A stretch of 64,000 nucleotides of DNA from Candidatus Limnocylindrales bacterium (GCA_038251965.1 JBBSAV010000002.1:19561-83560); one strand, 5' to 3'; shown: positions 9,819-20,160, counted from the stretch's first letter. The notes: generated by a model from the sequence alone, not told the origin. Made by a program: numbers and translations.

Positions 9819-10652
9819 CTACGCGGCGATGTCGCGCCGCTTGAAGAGATACACGCCCGCCACCAATGGCAGGACGGCGAGGATCGCCAGCAGCGCTGCC
9901 GAACCCCAGTCGACGCCGCTTCCCAAGGGGTCGGTGCCGATGTAGTGGTGCCAGGGGGACAGCCAGGCAAGCTCGGAGATGGCATCGGCCATGGGCACGA
10001 AGCTCGACCAGGCGTACATGGCGATGGCCACCAGCATGCCGGCGAGGATCGCCAGCACGCCGCGGCCGGTGACGATGGAGACGACCATCGAGATGCCCCC
10101 CACGAACACCGAGAGCAGCGTCAGCATCAGGCTGATGGCGACGACGTTGACGGCGCTGATGTCGATGCCGCTGACCGCGACCCCGACCCAGACCAGCAGG
10201 CCGATCAGCCCGCATGCCACCGTGACATGGATGATCATGGCGAGGATCTTGTCGATGGCCAGGCGCGTGCGCCGCGTCGGCGTGGACAGTACCAAGCCGA
10301 TGGTCTCGTTCTCCATCTCGCCACCAAACGCCCGCGCGGCCGATGAGGCCGCCACGAACATCACCGTGAACGGCACCACGATGGAGTACATCTCACCGGT
10401 CAGATAGCCCGACGCGGTCGCCATGTCGGCACCGCCGGCCATGGCCATGATCGATTCCGGGAACTGCGACAGCATCTCGGTGAGGATGTCCTCGAGGGCG
10501 AGGTACATGGGGCCCATCAGCATGACCATGGCGCCGACGCCGATGCCGACGATGAGGGTCAGCAGTAACCGGTCGCTGACGGCCTTGGTGAGGCTGTTCG
10601 AGAGGGCGAGCCGCTGGTAGCGGCGCACGCCCGGGAGGGAAGTGGTGGTCAT
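9819..10652 (-). CDS. ABC-2 type transporter permease
   Basis: Polytopic membrane protein in an operon with the ABC ATPase. It is a paralog of the adjacent permease. Confidence 0.7.
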   Translation of the reverse strand: MTTTSLPGVRRYQRLALSNSLTKAVSDRLLLTLIVGIGVGAMVMLMGPMYLALEDILTEMLSQFPESIMAMAGGADMATASGYLTGEMYSIVVPFTVMFVAASSAARAFGGEMENETIGLVLSTPTRRTRLAIDKILAMIIHVTVACGLIGLLVWVGVAVSGIDISAVNVVAISLMLTLLSVFVGGISMVVSIVTGRGVLAILAGMLVAIAMYAWSSFVPMADAISELAWLSPWHHYIGTDPLGSGVDWGSAALLAILAVLPLVAGVYLFKRRDIAA

Positions 10653-10656
10653 CGTG

Positions 10657-11457
10657 CTAGCCCTTCAGGTCTCGACGCTCGAGCGTGTAGAGGCCCAGCC
10701 CGAACAGCCCGGCTGCCAGGACGATAGCGATAGCCAGCAGCACCACGTCGATCCCGTTGCTCAGTGCATCGGCACCGCTGAACAGGTACCAGGGCGTCAG
10801 TTTGGCGACATCGGCCAGCTCCTTGATCACCGGCAGCAACGTGGTCACGAAGTACGACAGCACGGCGAGGGCTGCCGCGACCCCCACCCCCAACGCGGAT
10901 GAGCCTCGCCAGGCGCTGACACCCAGCGCCAGGGCGCCGAACAGCAACACCATGCCCAGCAACTGGACGCTTGCGCCGAGCACGTCCTGGTCGGAGAGGT
11001 CCATGCCAACGAGCGCTGCCGTGCCGACCACGCCCACCCAGGTCAGGACGACGATGGTCAGCACGCCGATGCCCGCGACCGCGGCCTTGGCCAGCAGGAT
11101 GGAGCGTCGGCGCAGGGGGCTCGAGAGCAGGATGGGCAGGCTGCGCGCCTCTTCCTCGCCGACCGCGGCACTGGCACCCAGGCCGATGGCATAGGTCAAC
11201 AGCACGAGCGGTCCGATGAGGTTGTAGATGCCGCTCATGGCCAGCCCTTCAGCCGTGCCGTTGTTGCTACCGTAGATGTTGGCGATAGCCTCGGGGAAGT
11301 CGGCCATCATGTTCATGTAGGCATCACCCGACGAAGCCATGATGGCGATGTACATGGCGGCGATGAGCCACATCGCGATGACCGCGATGACGGTCCACAA
11401 CAGCCAGTCTCGGACCGTCTTGGCGAAGACGCTCCCCAGCAGCCGGTTACGCAGCAT
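10657..11457 (-). CDS. ABC-2 type transporter permease
   Basis: Polytopic membrane protein; 11-nt overlap with the upstream ATPase gene. Confidence 0.7.
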   Translation of the reverse strand: MLRNRLLGSVFAKTVRDWLLWTVIAVIAMWLIAAMYIAIMASSGDAYMNMMADFPEAIANIYGSNNGTAEGLAMSGIYNLIGPLVLLTYAIGLGASAAVGEEEARSLPILLSSPLRRRSILLAKAAVAGIGVLTIVVLTWVGVVGTAALVGMDLSDQDVLGASVQLLGMVLLFGALALGVSAWRGSSALGVGVAAALAVLSYFVTTLLPVIKELADVAKLTPWYLFSGADALSNGIDVVLLAIAIVLAAGLFGLGLYTLERRDLKG

Positions 11458-12364
11458 CGTCGCCGTTTCCGTGGTAGTAGGTCAGGAAGATCTGCTCAAG
11501 GTCGGCTTCGCGGGTGTTGATGTTGACCACGTCATGATCGAGCGCGCGGCGCAGCAGCTCGTTGACCGAGCCTTCGAAGGACACGACCACGGTATGGCCG
11601 CGAGTCTCAGCCGAGTGGACGCCCTCGATCGCCTCGAAGTCGGCCGCCTCGACCGGCGCCCCGAACTCGAGGTCGATGCGCCGGATGGCCTTGCGCTTGA
11701 GTGCATCGACCCGCTCGACCACCACCAGGCGGCCGTTGCGCAGGATGCCGACGCGGTCGGCCACGCGCTCCACCTCAGCCAGACTGTGGCTGGAGAGGAA
11801 GACCGTGCGCCCGTCGGCTCGGACCTCTCGGATCATGGCCTGCAGCTCCTGCTGCATGAGCGGGTCAAGGCCGGTGCTGGGCTCATCGAGGATGACCAGC
11901 TCCGCCTTGTTCATGAAGGCCTGGATGAGGCCGACCTTCTGCTTGTTGCCGGTGGAGAGATCGCTGACCTTGCGGGTCAGGTCCACTTCCAGCCGCTCGG
12001 CCAGCGAGGCCACGTATCCCTGATCGACGCCTTTTCGCAGGTTGGCCAAGTAGGTGATGTTCTCGGCGCCGGTGAGCTTGGGGTAGAGCGAGTATTCCGA
12101 GGGCATGTAGGCGATGCGGCTGCGCACCTCCACCGCGTGGGTGGCCACGTCGAGCCCCAGGACCGTCGCCTTTCCCGCGGTCGGGAAGATGAAGTGCAGC
12201 AGGCTGCGGATGGTCGTCGTCTTGCCGGCGCCGTTGGGTCCCAGGAAGCCGAAGACCTCCCCGCGCTGCACTTCCAGGTCCAGATCGACCAGGGCCTTGA
12301 CATCCTTGTAGTGCTTGGTCAGCCCCTCGGTCTTGATGGGCGGCGCGCCTTCGATGGTGGTCAT
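11447..12364 (-). CDS. ABC transporter ATP-binding protein
   Basis: GPNGAGKTTT Walker A, LSTGNKQKV signature, LVILDEPSTGLD Walker B. ATGA overlap with the regulator stop at 12361-12364. Confidence 0.9.
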   Translation of the reverse strand: MTTIEGAPPIKTEGLTKHYKDVKALVDLDLEVQRGEVFGFLGPNGAGKTTTIRSLLHFIFPTAGKATVLGLDVATHAVEVRSRIAYMPSEYSLYPKLTGAENITYLANLRKGVDQGYVASLAERLEVDLTRKVSDLSTGNKQKVGLIQAFMNKAELVILDEPSTGLDPLMQQELQAMIREVRADGRTVFLSSHSLAEVERVADRVGILRNGRLVVVERVDALKRKAIRRIDLEFGAPVEAADFEAIEGVHSAETRGHTVVVSFEGSVNELLRRALDHDVVNINTREADLEQIFLTYYHGNGDDAA

Positions 12365-12837
12365 GCTTCCTCTCGTTTCGCGTCCTTGTACCGCTCCCAG
12401 CGAGCTGCAAGGTTGGGCAGCTCCTGCAGCCAGAAGTCGGCGAAGGTGATCATCTCGTCGAGCCCGTCGGTGCGTGGAAGCCCTCCGACCAGGATGATCT
12501 GCCTGCCCATGGAAGCCAGCTGGCCGAAGCCCTTCAGCTTGGCCTCTGCCATGGCGATCCAGAAGTCCGAGCGCAGACGGTAGTAGGTCTTGCGGTCGCC
12601 CACGCGGTGTCGCTTTTCGACGGCATCCATTTGTACCAGCAACCGGGCACTGGCACTGACCGAGGCCGGACTGAGGCCGGCGTTGGCGATGATCTCGCCG
12701 GCCGACTGCTCCGCCGGCTCGCAGACGAGTAGGTAGCCGAACATCTGGCCGGCGGCACGTGGCACACCAAGTGACGCGAACCACGTACCCATCTGCTCCA
12801 CGACCATGTCGGTCGCCGAGCTCCGCGTGTCTGACAC
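12361..12837 (-). CDS. GbsR/MarR-family transcriptional regulator
   Basis: wHTH-like segment GQMFGYLLVCEPAEQSAGEIIANAGLSPASVSASARLLVQMDAVEKR. First gene of the ABC-2 operon; GTG start. Confidence 0.7.
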   Translation of the reverse strand: MSDTRSSATDMVVEQMGTWFASLGVPRAAGQMFGYLLVCEPAEQSAGEIIANAGLSPASVSASARLLVQMDAVEKRHRVGDRKTYYRLRSDFWIAMAEAKLKGFGQLASMGRQIILVGGLPRTDGLDEMITFADFWLQELPNLAARWERYKDAKREEA

Positions 12838-12903
12838 TTCAGTACGTTCCGAATGTTCGCTTCATACGGATAGTACAATAGCACGCCCGCCGAGCCCTCT
12901 GGC

Positions 12904-14001
12904 TCAGATGTGCCGGGTGCTCCTCCCTCGCAGCAGTCCGACGACCACGACCACGGCGTAGAGCGCGATCGATACACCCGTCAGGATCCCGGCGGCCTGA
13001 CGAAGTCCCTGGTCGAGCGTGATGTCGCCGATGATGCGGGCGGCCACCGAGACATGCAACAACACGAGCGGCAGCCAGGCAACCGGCTGGTAGGCGATGG
13101 GGCGCCCCAGGATGGCCGGGAAGATGATGGGGGAGTGGCCGAAGACCATCGAGAAGACGAAGCCGAGCAGTACCGCATGGAGGTAGGCGTCATAGCTGAA
13201 GCCACCCCAGATCTGTTCGTTGGCGAGGGCCACGACACCCGCGAAGCCCAGCCAGACGTAGCCCGCCAGCAGGCAGGCCGCCACGAAGCGCGGCAGTCCC
13301 GGCCGCCGGATGGTCACCCGGGCAAGGTCGTAGTGCCACAGCCAGATCGCCAACGCCAGCATGCCGACGCCCGACAGGCGCACTCCGGGCGCGACATCGA
13401 TGACCATATAGAGCAGCGCCGCGATGTAGATCGCAGCCGCGGCCGCGAATGAGGCATGGGCCGCGCGGCCGTGCACGCGCAGCTTGGCCAGCTCCAGGCG
13501 CTCGCCGGTGATGGTGAGCACCAGGAAGGCCATCCACCAGGGGCTCAGGAAGGCGATGGCGCGCCCTCCCAGCCACGCCGCATCGGCCAGCAGCAGGAAG
13601 CCGGCACCGATGGTCATCACCAGCACGTCCAGCGTGGGATGGCGACGCAGCATCTCCAGGTTGATGGCCACCAAGACGGCCGCACCAGCGGCCAGGAGGC
13701 CGACCGCGGGTGCGGTGGCGCCCTGGATCAGCAGCACGATGGTGCCGGCTCCGCCCAGCACCGGCGAGATGTCGGCCCAGGTCCAGTCGCGGCCCAGGAC
13801 CGTGCGCATCGCCACCGCGCGCTCGAGAGCGATGAGCGTGCCGAAGACGCCGGCCGCCAGGATCGGTCCGTGCAGCATGACGCGCTCGGTCACCAGGGCC
13901 GGCATCTCGATCCCCAGGCGAGCCAGACCGGCCAGGATGCCGATGACCATGGCCGCCACGATGACCATCAGCAATGGCAAGTGCAGGGCTATGCGTTTCA
14001 T
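12904..14001 (-). CDS. Polytopic integral membrane protein, unknown function
   Basis: 365 aa with about 10 hydrophobic helices and strong GC3 bias. I recognise no motif. Confidence 0.55.
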   Translation of the reverse strand: MKRIALHLPLLMVIVAAMVIGILAGLARLGIEMPALVTERVMLHGPILAAGVFGTLIALERAVAMRTVLGRDWTWADISPVLGGAGTIVLLIQGATAPAVGLLAAGAAVLVAINLEMLRRHPTLDVLVMTIGAGFLLLADAAWLGGRAIAFLSPWWMAFLVLTITGERLELAKLRVHGRAAHASFAAAAAIYIAALLYMVIDVAPGVRLSGVGMLALAIWLWHYDLARVTIRRPGLPRFVAACLLAGYVWLGFAGVVALANEQIWGGFSYDAYLHAVLLGFVFSMVFGHSPIIFPAILGRPIAYQPVAWLPLVLLHVSVAARIIGDITLDQGLRQAAGILTGVSIALYAVVVVVGLLRGRSTRHI

Positions 14002-14363
14002 GTCGCCAGCCTAGATCGCGTCACCAAAGCGAGGACGTTCCAGCGGGCCCCGTTTGGCGTGACCTTCAGCCCGGCAGGCACCCCGCGGAGGGATCACATC
14101 CCAGTCAGGGCAGAAGTTGCCTCCCACTCAAGTAACTGACCCACAGTCCGTGTTGATCGTCGCTCTGTTGACTGACATGCACACCATCGACGCGCCGGGC
14201 AGAGTTCGGGACTGACAGGCACATCCTCGACCCGGTGCTCCGTGCACCGGTCGGTTACGTGCGTGGCACGCAAACGCGGATGTGACGGACGTTGGGAGGA
14301 ACGTACGGCGGGAGCGTCCGAGCGCACCTCGATGCGATGGCGCCTTGGCGCAGCGAGCCTCGG

Positions 14364-14831
14364 TCAGAAGCCCCAGTGGACGATGGCCCTGCGCTCGCCA
14401 GTGCGCAGCATCTCAAGCACGATCGAGTCGACCGGAACCAGGGGTTCCGGCGGCGCCGACAGCTGGGCCCATCGTAGGCCGCCGTTCAGCTCCGGCTCCT
14501 TGACCGATGGTTCCCCCTTCCAGGTGGAGACCGCGAAGAAGAAGTCGACCCGCTGGCCACGATCGCTCGCGGTCTGCCGACGGTGGATGGTGCAGATCGG
14601 CTCCAGGTCGGCCTCGTCGATGACGACGCCAAGCTCTTCGCGCGCTTCCCTCACTGCTGCTGCGTACACGGACTCGCCGCGCTCCACGTGCCCGGCGGCG
14701 CTGCATGCCCAGTAGCCGTCCATGTACCCGGTGCCCACCCGGTGCTGGAGCAGGACTTCGCTGCCACGCAGGAGGGCGACATACGCGGCCGGGATGAGAG
14801 CGAATGGCTGCATCGCGCCACGGTAGCCCAT
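14364..14831 (-). CDS. NUDIX hydrolase
   Basis: Nudix box GHVERGESVYAAAVREAREELGV. Confidence 0.85.
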   Translation of the reverse strand: MGYRGAMQPFALIPAAYVALLRGSEVLLQHRVGTGYMDGYWACSAAGHVERGESVYAAAVREAREELGVVIDEADLEPICTIHRRQTASDRGQRVDFFFAVSTWKGEPSVKEPELNGGLRWAQLSAPPEPLVPVDSIVLEMLRTGERRAIVHWGF

Positions 14832-14891
14832 CGGTCGTGGCCGTTGGTCGGACCTGCGGCCGACTCACGAGACGCGTGGCATCCTGACGTC

Positions 14892-15842
14892 GTGGATGCC
14901 GAGCATGCGAGCCGACTGGTCACTGACCTCGTCGACGCGGGTGTCCTCCTGGTCTTCGTGCCCCTACTGTTCGTCGCGGCCGTGCTGGCGGGGCCCGTCG
15001 CTCGGCGAATCGGCAGCAGCCGCCTGCTGGCGTGGCTGGCGCTCGTATCCATCGCCGGGATCCTCGCCGCCACCCTTCGGGAACGAGACCTGTTGGCACA
15101 GCTCTCGGATGCTGGTCCCACTTCCTGTGCTGGCTGCGTCCCCTTCGGCTGGTTGACCGATCCACGGCTGTGGTCTCGTGCGGCTCGCATCGACTCGGCG
15201 TGGCTGCTCAACGTGGCCCTCTTCATCCCGGCCGGGCTCCTGGTCACCTTGGCCTCCCGTCGCCCGGGACGAGTGCTCGTCGCCATGGCCGGCTTGGCAC
15301 TGTCGATCGAGGTCATCCAGGATCTGGCCCGGCTCGGTTCGCCCGATCCGGCCGACCTTGTCGCCAACTCGGTCGGGGCCGCCATCGGAGTCGGATTGGG
15401 TATCGCGGCTCTGCGGGTGCGCCCAGCTCGCATCGCGCATCAGCCTGACCCGACGACCTCGCGCCGAGCCGAGGTCGCCTTCATCGTGGGTGCGATCACC
15501 ATCGTCACCCTGGGGTGGCTCGGACTCTCGCTCGGTGCCGACGCCAGGCTGGATTCCTTGAGACAGGAACTCACAGAAGCCTTCGCCGGCTCCACGGCCA
15601 GCAACATGGAGGCAAGGCTTGCGTCGACCGAGGGCTTCGACGAGACCTTGGCGTCAGTCTCGGTGCGCCCGTCGTACCTCGGTCGCGTCGGGGCCAGTGA
15701 GCAGTTCGAAGGACGCTATGCGACCCAGTTCTTCGGCCTGTGGAGGTGCGCCTACATCCGCTGGACTGCCGATGGATTCGAGCTTCGCGATGGCTCGGGC
15801 GACGAGTGCAGCGTCTTCCGTGAACGCCCTCCCACCGAATGA
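14892..15842 (+). CDS. VanZ-like membrane protein with C-terminal extracytoplasmic domain
   Basis: LLNVALFIPAGLLV ... IEVIQDLARLGSPDPADLVANSVGAAIG is VanZ-like. The GTG start at 14892 is inferred; upstream in-frame sequence overlaps the Nudix gene antisense. Confidence 0.55.
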   Translation: MDAEHASRLVTDLVDAGVLLVFVPLLFVAAVLAGPVARRIGSSRLLAWLALVSIAGILAATLRERDLLAQLSDAGPTSCAGCVPFGWLTDPRLWSRAARIDSAWLLNVALFIPAGLLVTLASRRPGRVLVAMAGLALSIEVIQDLARLGSPDPADLVANSVGAAIGVGLGIAALRVRPARIAHQPDPTTSRRAEVAFIVGAITIVTLGWLGLSLGADARLDSLRQELTEAFAGSTASNMEARLASTEGFDETLASVSVRPSYLGRVGASEQFEGRYATQFFGLWRCAYIRWTADGFELRDGSGDECSVFRERPPTE

Positions 15843-15918
15843 TGGCGCGCCCGGCGGGACTCGAACCCACGGCCTTCTGCTCCGGAGGCAGACGCTCTAT
15901 CCACTGAGCTACGGGCGC
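15843..15918 (-). tRNA. tRNA-Arg (anticodon CCG)
   Basis: Reverse complement folds as a cloverleaf: GCGCCCG acceptor, anticodon loop CTCCGGA, GTGGG-TTCGAGT-CCCGC T-arm, encoded CCA. Confidence 0.9.
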
Positions 15919-16023
15919 TCAAGCGACCATTAGACCACAGGGGCGGCTCTTGGCAGCCGTGGCCCATCGCACGAGCGCTGCAGGAGCTTCAGCCCGGTGC
16001 CAGCGGATGCGCGGATACGGCCC

Positions 16024-16890
16024 TCAGACCTGCTGGAACCGGAAGCTGTACTGGGACGCGATGCGCCGGATCATCTGACCGTAGTGATACATGGATGTGG
16101 GCGCAGGAGCCGGTGCGTCCGTGACCAGCTCGGCAGGGCTTCCGTCGTTGGCTAGTTTGAAACAGACGAGACCCAAGGCGTCGAACCCATGGTCACCGCC
16201 GACTTCTGTTCGACGAGGAAGCTCCATCAGCTTCTGGATCGTCCGGGTAGCATCGTCGGGCTGCCGGTGGACGTTGTACTTGAGGATCTCGCTGTTCATC
16301 CCTAGCTCGTTGGCCTGGTATGCCAGGAACCGTTCGGCTAGGTTGACCTCGACCACGCCGACCGCGATTGCCTGCTCTGCCGCACCATGCACCGTCAGCT
16401 GGCTGGAGTTGAGCTCGTCGTACAGCCGTGGAAGCGCCTTGATGTGAGCGGTCATGACGGCCTTCGCCTCGACCGCCATGTGGACGGCACCAACCGGGCC
16501 TTCCATGATGGGCGGAAGCTCTCCGAGTCGTGCTCGCTCTTCGTCATCCAGCACGATGTCGAACTCATCGACCAGCTGGGCAAGCGTCCGCCACTGCTTC
16601 TTGCCGTTGGAACCGGGAGTGGCGACTACGAGGTCGAGGTCCTTCTTGCGATCGGTGTTGTAGTCGACCATGGTGTGGTTCACACCGAAGACGATCTTCT
16701 CCTGCGTGGCGTGGGCTCGGAGGAGTGCCGACTCAAGAGCGAGGTCAAACAGGACTGCCCAGGAAGCGACTTTGGAGTGGCGATCACTGCGGGAGTGATA
16801 TTGGCCTCTGTAGCCGCTGCTGCCGAACTTCCGTACGGTGAAGTTGCGCTCGATGATTCGCGGACCGTAGATAGATCTGGAAGGGCTCAT
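16024..16890 (-). CDS. Putative type II restriction endonuclease (PD-(D/E)XK-like)
   Basis: KKDLDLVVATPG ... HMAVEAKAVM fits D...(D/E)xK. ATGA-coupled downstream of a C5 methyltransferase. Lower GC than flanks by eye. Confidence 0.5.
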   Translation of the reverse strand: MSPSRSIYGPRIIERNFTVRKFGSSGYRGQYHSRSDRHSKVASWAVLFDLALESALLRAHATQEKIVFGVNHTMVDYNTDRKKDLDLVVATPGSNGKKQWRTLAQLVDEFDIVLDDEERARLGELPPIMEGPVGAVHMAVEAKAVMTAHIKALPRLYDELNSSQLTVHGAAEQAIAVGVVEVNLAERFLAYQANELGMNSEILKYNVHRQPDDATRTIQKLMELPRRTEVGGDHGFDALGLVCFKLANDGSPAELVTDAPAPAPTSMYHYGQMIRRIASQYSFRFQQV

Positions 16891-18221
16891 GCCGCCCTCT
16901 CTCCGGCCGATGCCATGCGGCGCTCGTACGATCGCACAGCCTCAAGAAACCCAGCAGGAAACCGTAGACCGCTGCGGTCCGTCCTGGACCTGAAGCCGCT
17001 GATGGCCCGTAGGGACAACGGCTTCGTAGGGTACTGGAGGAAGGCCGACAGCGGTTGATACCGAGCATGAGTCGGCCATTCGGATACCGGGACCCCAAAT
17101 CGTCTACCCGCCTCACCCCAAGCTGCCGTCGGCCATTTGGCATCCGTCGATTGCTCGACGAACGGGCCGCCGTACGTCTTCGGGCTCACCAGCTGCGCAC
17201 CGAGCCAACGTGCCATCGGAACGGCTACCGCGTTGCCGACGAGCTTCCATCGAATACCCACGGCTCGCTTGTGGTATCGGTGTACGGGCTCGGTCCAGTC
17301 GACATCGAAGCCCTGGAGGCGCTCGGCGTCTCTGAGGTCGGGCGTCACGAAGTCTCCGCTATCGCGAAACCAGATCGCAGGCGGGGATGGGATCCCGATG
17401 GTGGAGCCACCTTTCAGCGTCGGGAGTGCCTCGACGGCCCAGCCGAGTCCTCTGAGGCCCTCGGTCCAGAAGAAGCCGAATGCCTTCGGATCGGTTGGGT
17501 CGTTGGGAATGCCAGCATCCTCGCCGAATAGGACCGGACGAGGGTCTTCAGTTCGCGAGGCAAGCATCAGGACCCGCCGCCGGCGTTGAGGCAGGCCGAA
17601 GGCTCGTACGTCCACCACCCGATACGCCCAACGGAACCTGAGGTCCTCCAAGCGGTCCACTAGGTAGCGCATCCCATCGCCCCGCTCCAGCTGGAGCAAG
17701 AACGGGACATTCTCGATCAGCACCCACTTCGGATGCTCCGAGTCGTGGTCGATGAGTCGGAACAGGTTCTCGACGAGGCCGGACTGGGGACCGCCGATGC
17801 CCCTTGTTCGTCCTGCCTGACTCAGATCGGTGCACGGGAACCCGGCTGCAACGAGGTCTGCGTCGGGCAGCGCTTGCAACTCGCGGACATCGGAGGTGAT
17901 AACGATGTCGGGAAAGCGTTCCCTCAGTACCGTCTGTGCCGGGGGCCAGATCTCGTTGAGCATCACGGTGCGATGACCGGAGGCATGAAGACCCAACTCG
18001 ATGCCACCGATGCCGGCGAATAGTCCGACCGTGGTCAGGGGCGGCGTGGAGGTCGGAACCTCGACCGGATCAATCGTCTGCCGCTCGGTACCTACCACCG
18101 CCCCACTGTAGCTCGGTAGCGACTTGACTTCCGTTCTGTTGCGACATGCTGGCGCCCAACGGACCGGCGCACCGAGACCGGGCTCCTCCTCGCGACTTGG
18201 AGAGGCGTATCGTCGGACCAT
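16887..18221 (-). CDS. DNA (cytosine-5)-methyltransferase
   Basis: Motifs LFAGIGG (I), GFPCTDLS (IV), LIENVPFLL (VI), GNAVAVP (X). The start is uncertain: the ORF is open to 18338, ATG at 18221 is listed, and a later GTG is possible. Confidence 0.85.
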   Translation of the reverse strand: MVRRYASPSREEEPGLGAPVRWAPACRNRTEVKSLPSYSGAVVGTERQTIDPVEVPTSTPPLTTVGLFAGIGGIELGLHASGHRTVMLNEIWPPAQTVLRERFPDIVITSDVRELQALPDADLVAAGFPCTDLSQAGRTRGIGGPQSGLVENLFRLIDHDSEHPKWVLIENVPFLLQLERGDGMRYLVDRLEDLRFRWAYRVVDVRAFGLPQRRRRVLMLASRTEDPRPVLFGEDAGIPNDPTDPKAFGFFWTEGLRGLGWAVEALPTLKGGSTIGIPSPPAIWFRDSGDFVTPDLRDAERLQGFDVDWTEPVHRYHKRAVGIRWKLVGNAVAVPMARWLGAQLVSPKTYGGPFVEQSTDAKWPTAAWGEAGRRFGVPVSEWPTHARYQPLSAFLQYPTKPLSLRAISGFRSRTDRSGLRFPAGFLEAVRSYERRMASAGERAA

Positions 18222-18699
18222 GACTATTCTCGTCTCCATCGTGGGCACGATCCTCGTCGGCGTTGCTGCCCTCGGCGCGCTGTTCATCGGCGGCATGCGC
18301 GCCAAGTGGCCGCCGGTCATCGATACGGTGCGCCGCATCAGCTTTCGCTTCCTGAACCCGCGGCAACTCCGGACCGCCGGACAGCCGGGTGCCTATGCCG
18401 GCATCCTGCGCCACACGGGGCGCACCTCCGGCACGGCCTACGAGACGCCGCTGGGCATCGAGCCGACCGATGACGGCTTCGTCATCGCCCTCGTGTACGG
18501 CGACCGCACGCAGTGGCTCATAAACGTGCTGGCAGCCGGGACCGCGGAGGTGGTCGTCGAAGGCGGGACCTACCGGGTCGATCGACCCGCGGTCGTGCCG
18601 ATGTCGGAGGTGGCCGAGTGCTTCCCCGTTTCGGACCGGCGACTCAGCGGAGTCATAGCCGTCAAGAACGCCCTCCGGCTGTACCGTAGCGAGCCATGA
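18220..18699 (+). CDS. DUF385-like (deazaflavin-dependent nitroreductase family) protein with N-terminal TM helix
   Basis: [27 protein letters not shown]...[31 protein letters not shown] pattern; ATGA overlap with fumC. Confidence 0.55.
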   Translation: MTILVSIVGTILVGVAALGALFIGGMRAKWPPVIDTVRRISFRFLNPRQLRTAGQPGAYAGILRHTGRTSGTAYETPLGIEPTDDGFVIALVYGDRTQWLINVLAAGTAEVVVEGGTYRVDRPAVVPMSEVAECFPVSDRRLSGVIAVKNALRLYRSEP

Positions 18700-20102
18700 C
18701 CGAGCCGAACCCCGGACCCACCCGCACCGAGACCGATTCGATGGGTGCCGTGGAGGTCCCTGCCGATCGCTATTGGGGCGCCCAGACGCAGCGATCCCTC
18801 CACCACTTCGCCATCGGTGACCCCGACGCCGAGCGCATGCCCCGCGACATCGTGCATGCCATGGGCCTCCTGAAGCAAGCCTGTGCGCAAGTCAACGATG
18901 AAGCCGGACGACTGCCCGAGGGCATCGGCCCGCTGGTCGTGCAGGCGGCGCAGGAAGTCGCGGTTGGTGAGCTCGACGACCACTTCCCGCTGTACATCTG
19001 GCAGACCGGCTCGGGCACGCAATCGAACATGAACGCCAACGAGGTCATCGCCAATCGCGCCATCGAGCTGGCCGGCGGCGTCATGGGCAGCAAGGACCCG
19101 GTCCATCCCAACGACCACGTCAACAAGTCGCAATCGTCCAACGACACCTTTCCTACGGCCATGCACATCGCTGCCATCACGGTCATCGTGCGAGCCCTGT
19201 TGCCGTCGGTCGCGCGGCTCCGCGACGAGCTCTCGGCCCGCGCCGCCGACTTCGCCGACATCGTCAAGATCGGCCGCACGCACCTCCAGGACGCGGTACC
19301 ACTCACGCTAGGTCAGGAGTTCAGCGGTTACGTCGCCCAGCTCGATGCTGACATCGGACGCATCGAGGCGACCCTGCCGGGCCTCTACGAGCTGGCCATC
19401 GGCGGCACCGCGGTGGGCACCGGACTCAATGCCCCAGCTGGTTTCGATGAGGCTGTCGCCGCCCGCATCGCCGAGCTGTCCGGGTTGCCCTTCGTGAGCG
19501 CGCCCAACAAGTTCGCCGCCCTCGCGGCCCACGATGCGGTCGTCTTCGCCAGCGGCGCCCTGGCCACCCTCGCGGCCAGCCTTACCAAGATCGCCAATGA
19601 CCTGCGCTGGCTGGGCAGTGGACCCCGTTCCGGCTTGGGTGAGCTGTCACTGCCGGAGAACGAGCCGGGCTCCTCGATCATGCCGGGCAAGGTGAACCCC
19701 ACCCAGGCTGAGGCCATGACCATGGTGGCGGCGCAGGTCTACGGCAACGATGCCGCGGTCAAGTTCGCGGGTTCGCAGGGCAACTTCGAACTCAACGTCT
19801 ACAAGCCGGTCATGGCCGCCAACCTCATCCGCTCGGCCCGCCTGATGGCCGACGCCTGTGATACCTTCCGCCAGTTCGCCGTGGCCGGCGTCACGGCCAA
19901 CCGCGAGCGCATCGCGGAGCTGGTGGCGCAATCCTTGATGCTGGTGACGGCGTTGAATCCCCGGATCGGCTACGACCGCTCGGCCGAGGTGGCCAAGAAG
20001 GCCCACAAGGAGGGGACCACGTTGAAGGCGGCGGCGCTGGCGCTTGGGTATGTCTCCGAAGAGGAGTTCGACGAGCTGGTCCGTCCCGAGCGCATGGTCT
20101 GA
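18696..20102 (+). CDS. fumC: Class II fumarate hydratase
   Basis: [17 protein letters not shown] signature; SSNDTFPTA; full length of about 468 aa. Confidence 0.95.
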   Translation: MTEPNPGPTRTETDSMGAVEVPADRYWGAQTQRSLHHFAIGDPDAERMPRDIVHAMGLLKQACAQVNDEAGRLPEGIGPLVVQAAQEVAVGELDDHFPLYIWQTGSGTQSNMNANEVIANRAIELAGGVMGSKDPVHPNDHVNKSQSSNDTFPTAMHIAAITVIVRALLPSVARLRDELSARAADFADIVKIGRTHLQDAVPLTLGQEFSGYVAQLDADIGRIEATLPGLYELAIGGTAVGTGLNAPAGFDEAVAARIAELSGLPFVSAPNKFAALAAHDAVVFASGALATLAASLTKIANDLRWLGSGPRSGLGELSLPENEPGSSIMPGKVNPTQAEAMTMVAAQVYGNDAAVKFAGSQGNFELNVYKPVMAANLIRSARLMADACDTFRQFAVAGVTANRERIAELVAQSLMLVTALNPRIGYDRSAEVAKKAHKEGTTLKAAALALGYVSEEEFDELVRPERMV

Positions 20103-20160
20103 TCCTGCCTGGCCGCTGCCCCCGAGACCCGCGCCCGACCGAACTGTCCCCGGAATCGAG

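Noticed and set aside
15843-18221. tRNA-associated integrative element or genomic island with integrase
   Set aside because: There is no integrase or recombinase gene, and I see no direct repeat of the tRNA 3' end. The cassette lies on the 5' side of the tRNA. I report it only as a lower-GC R-M cassette.
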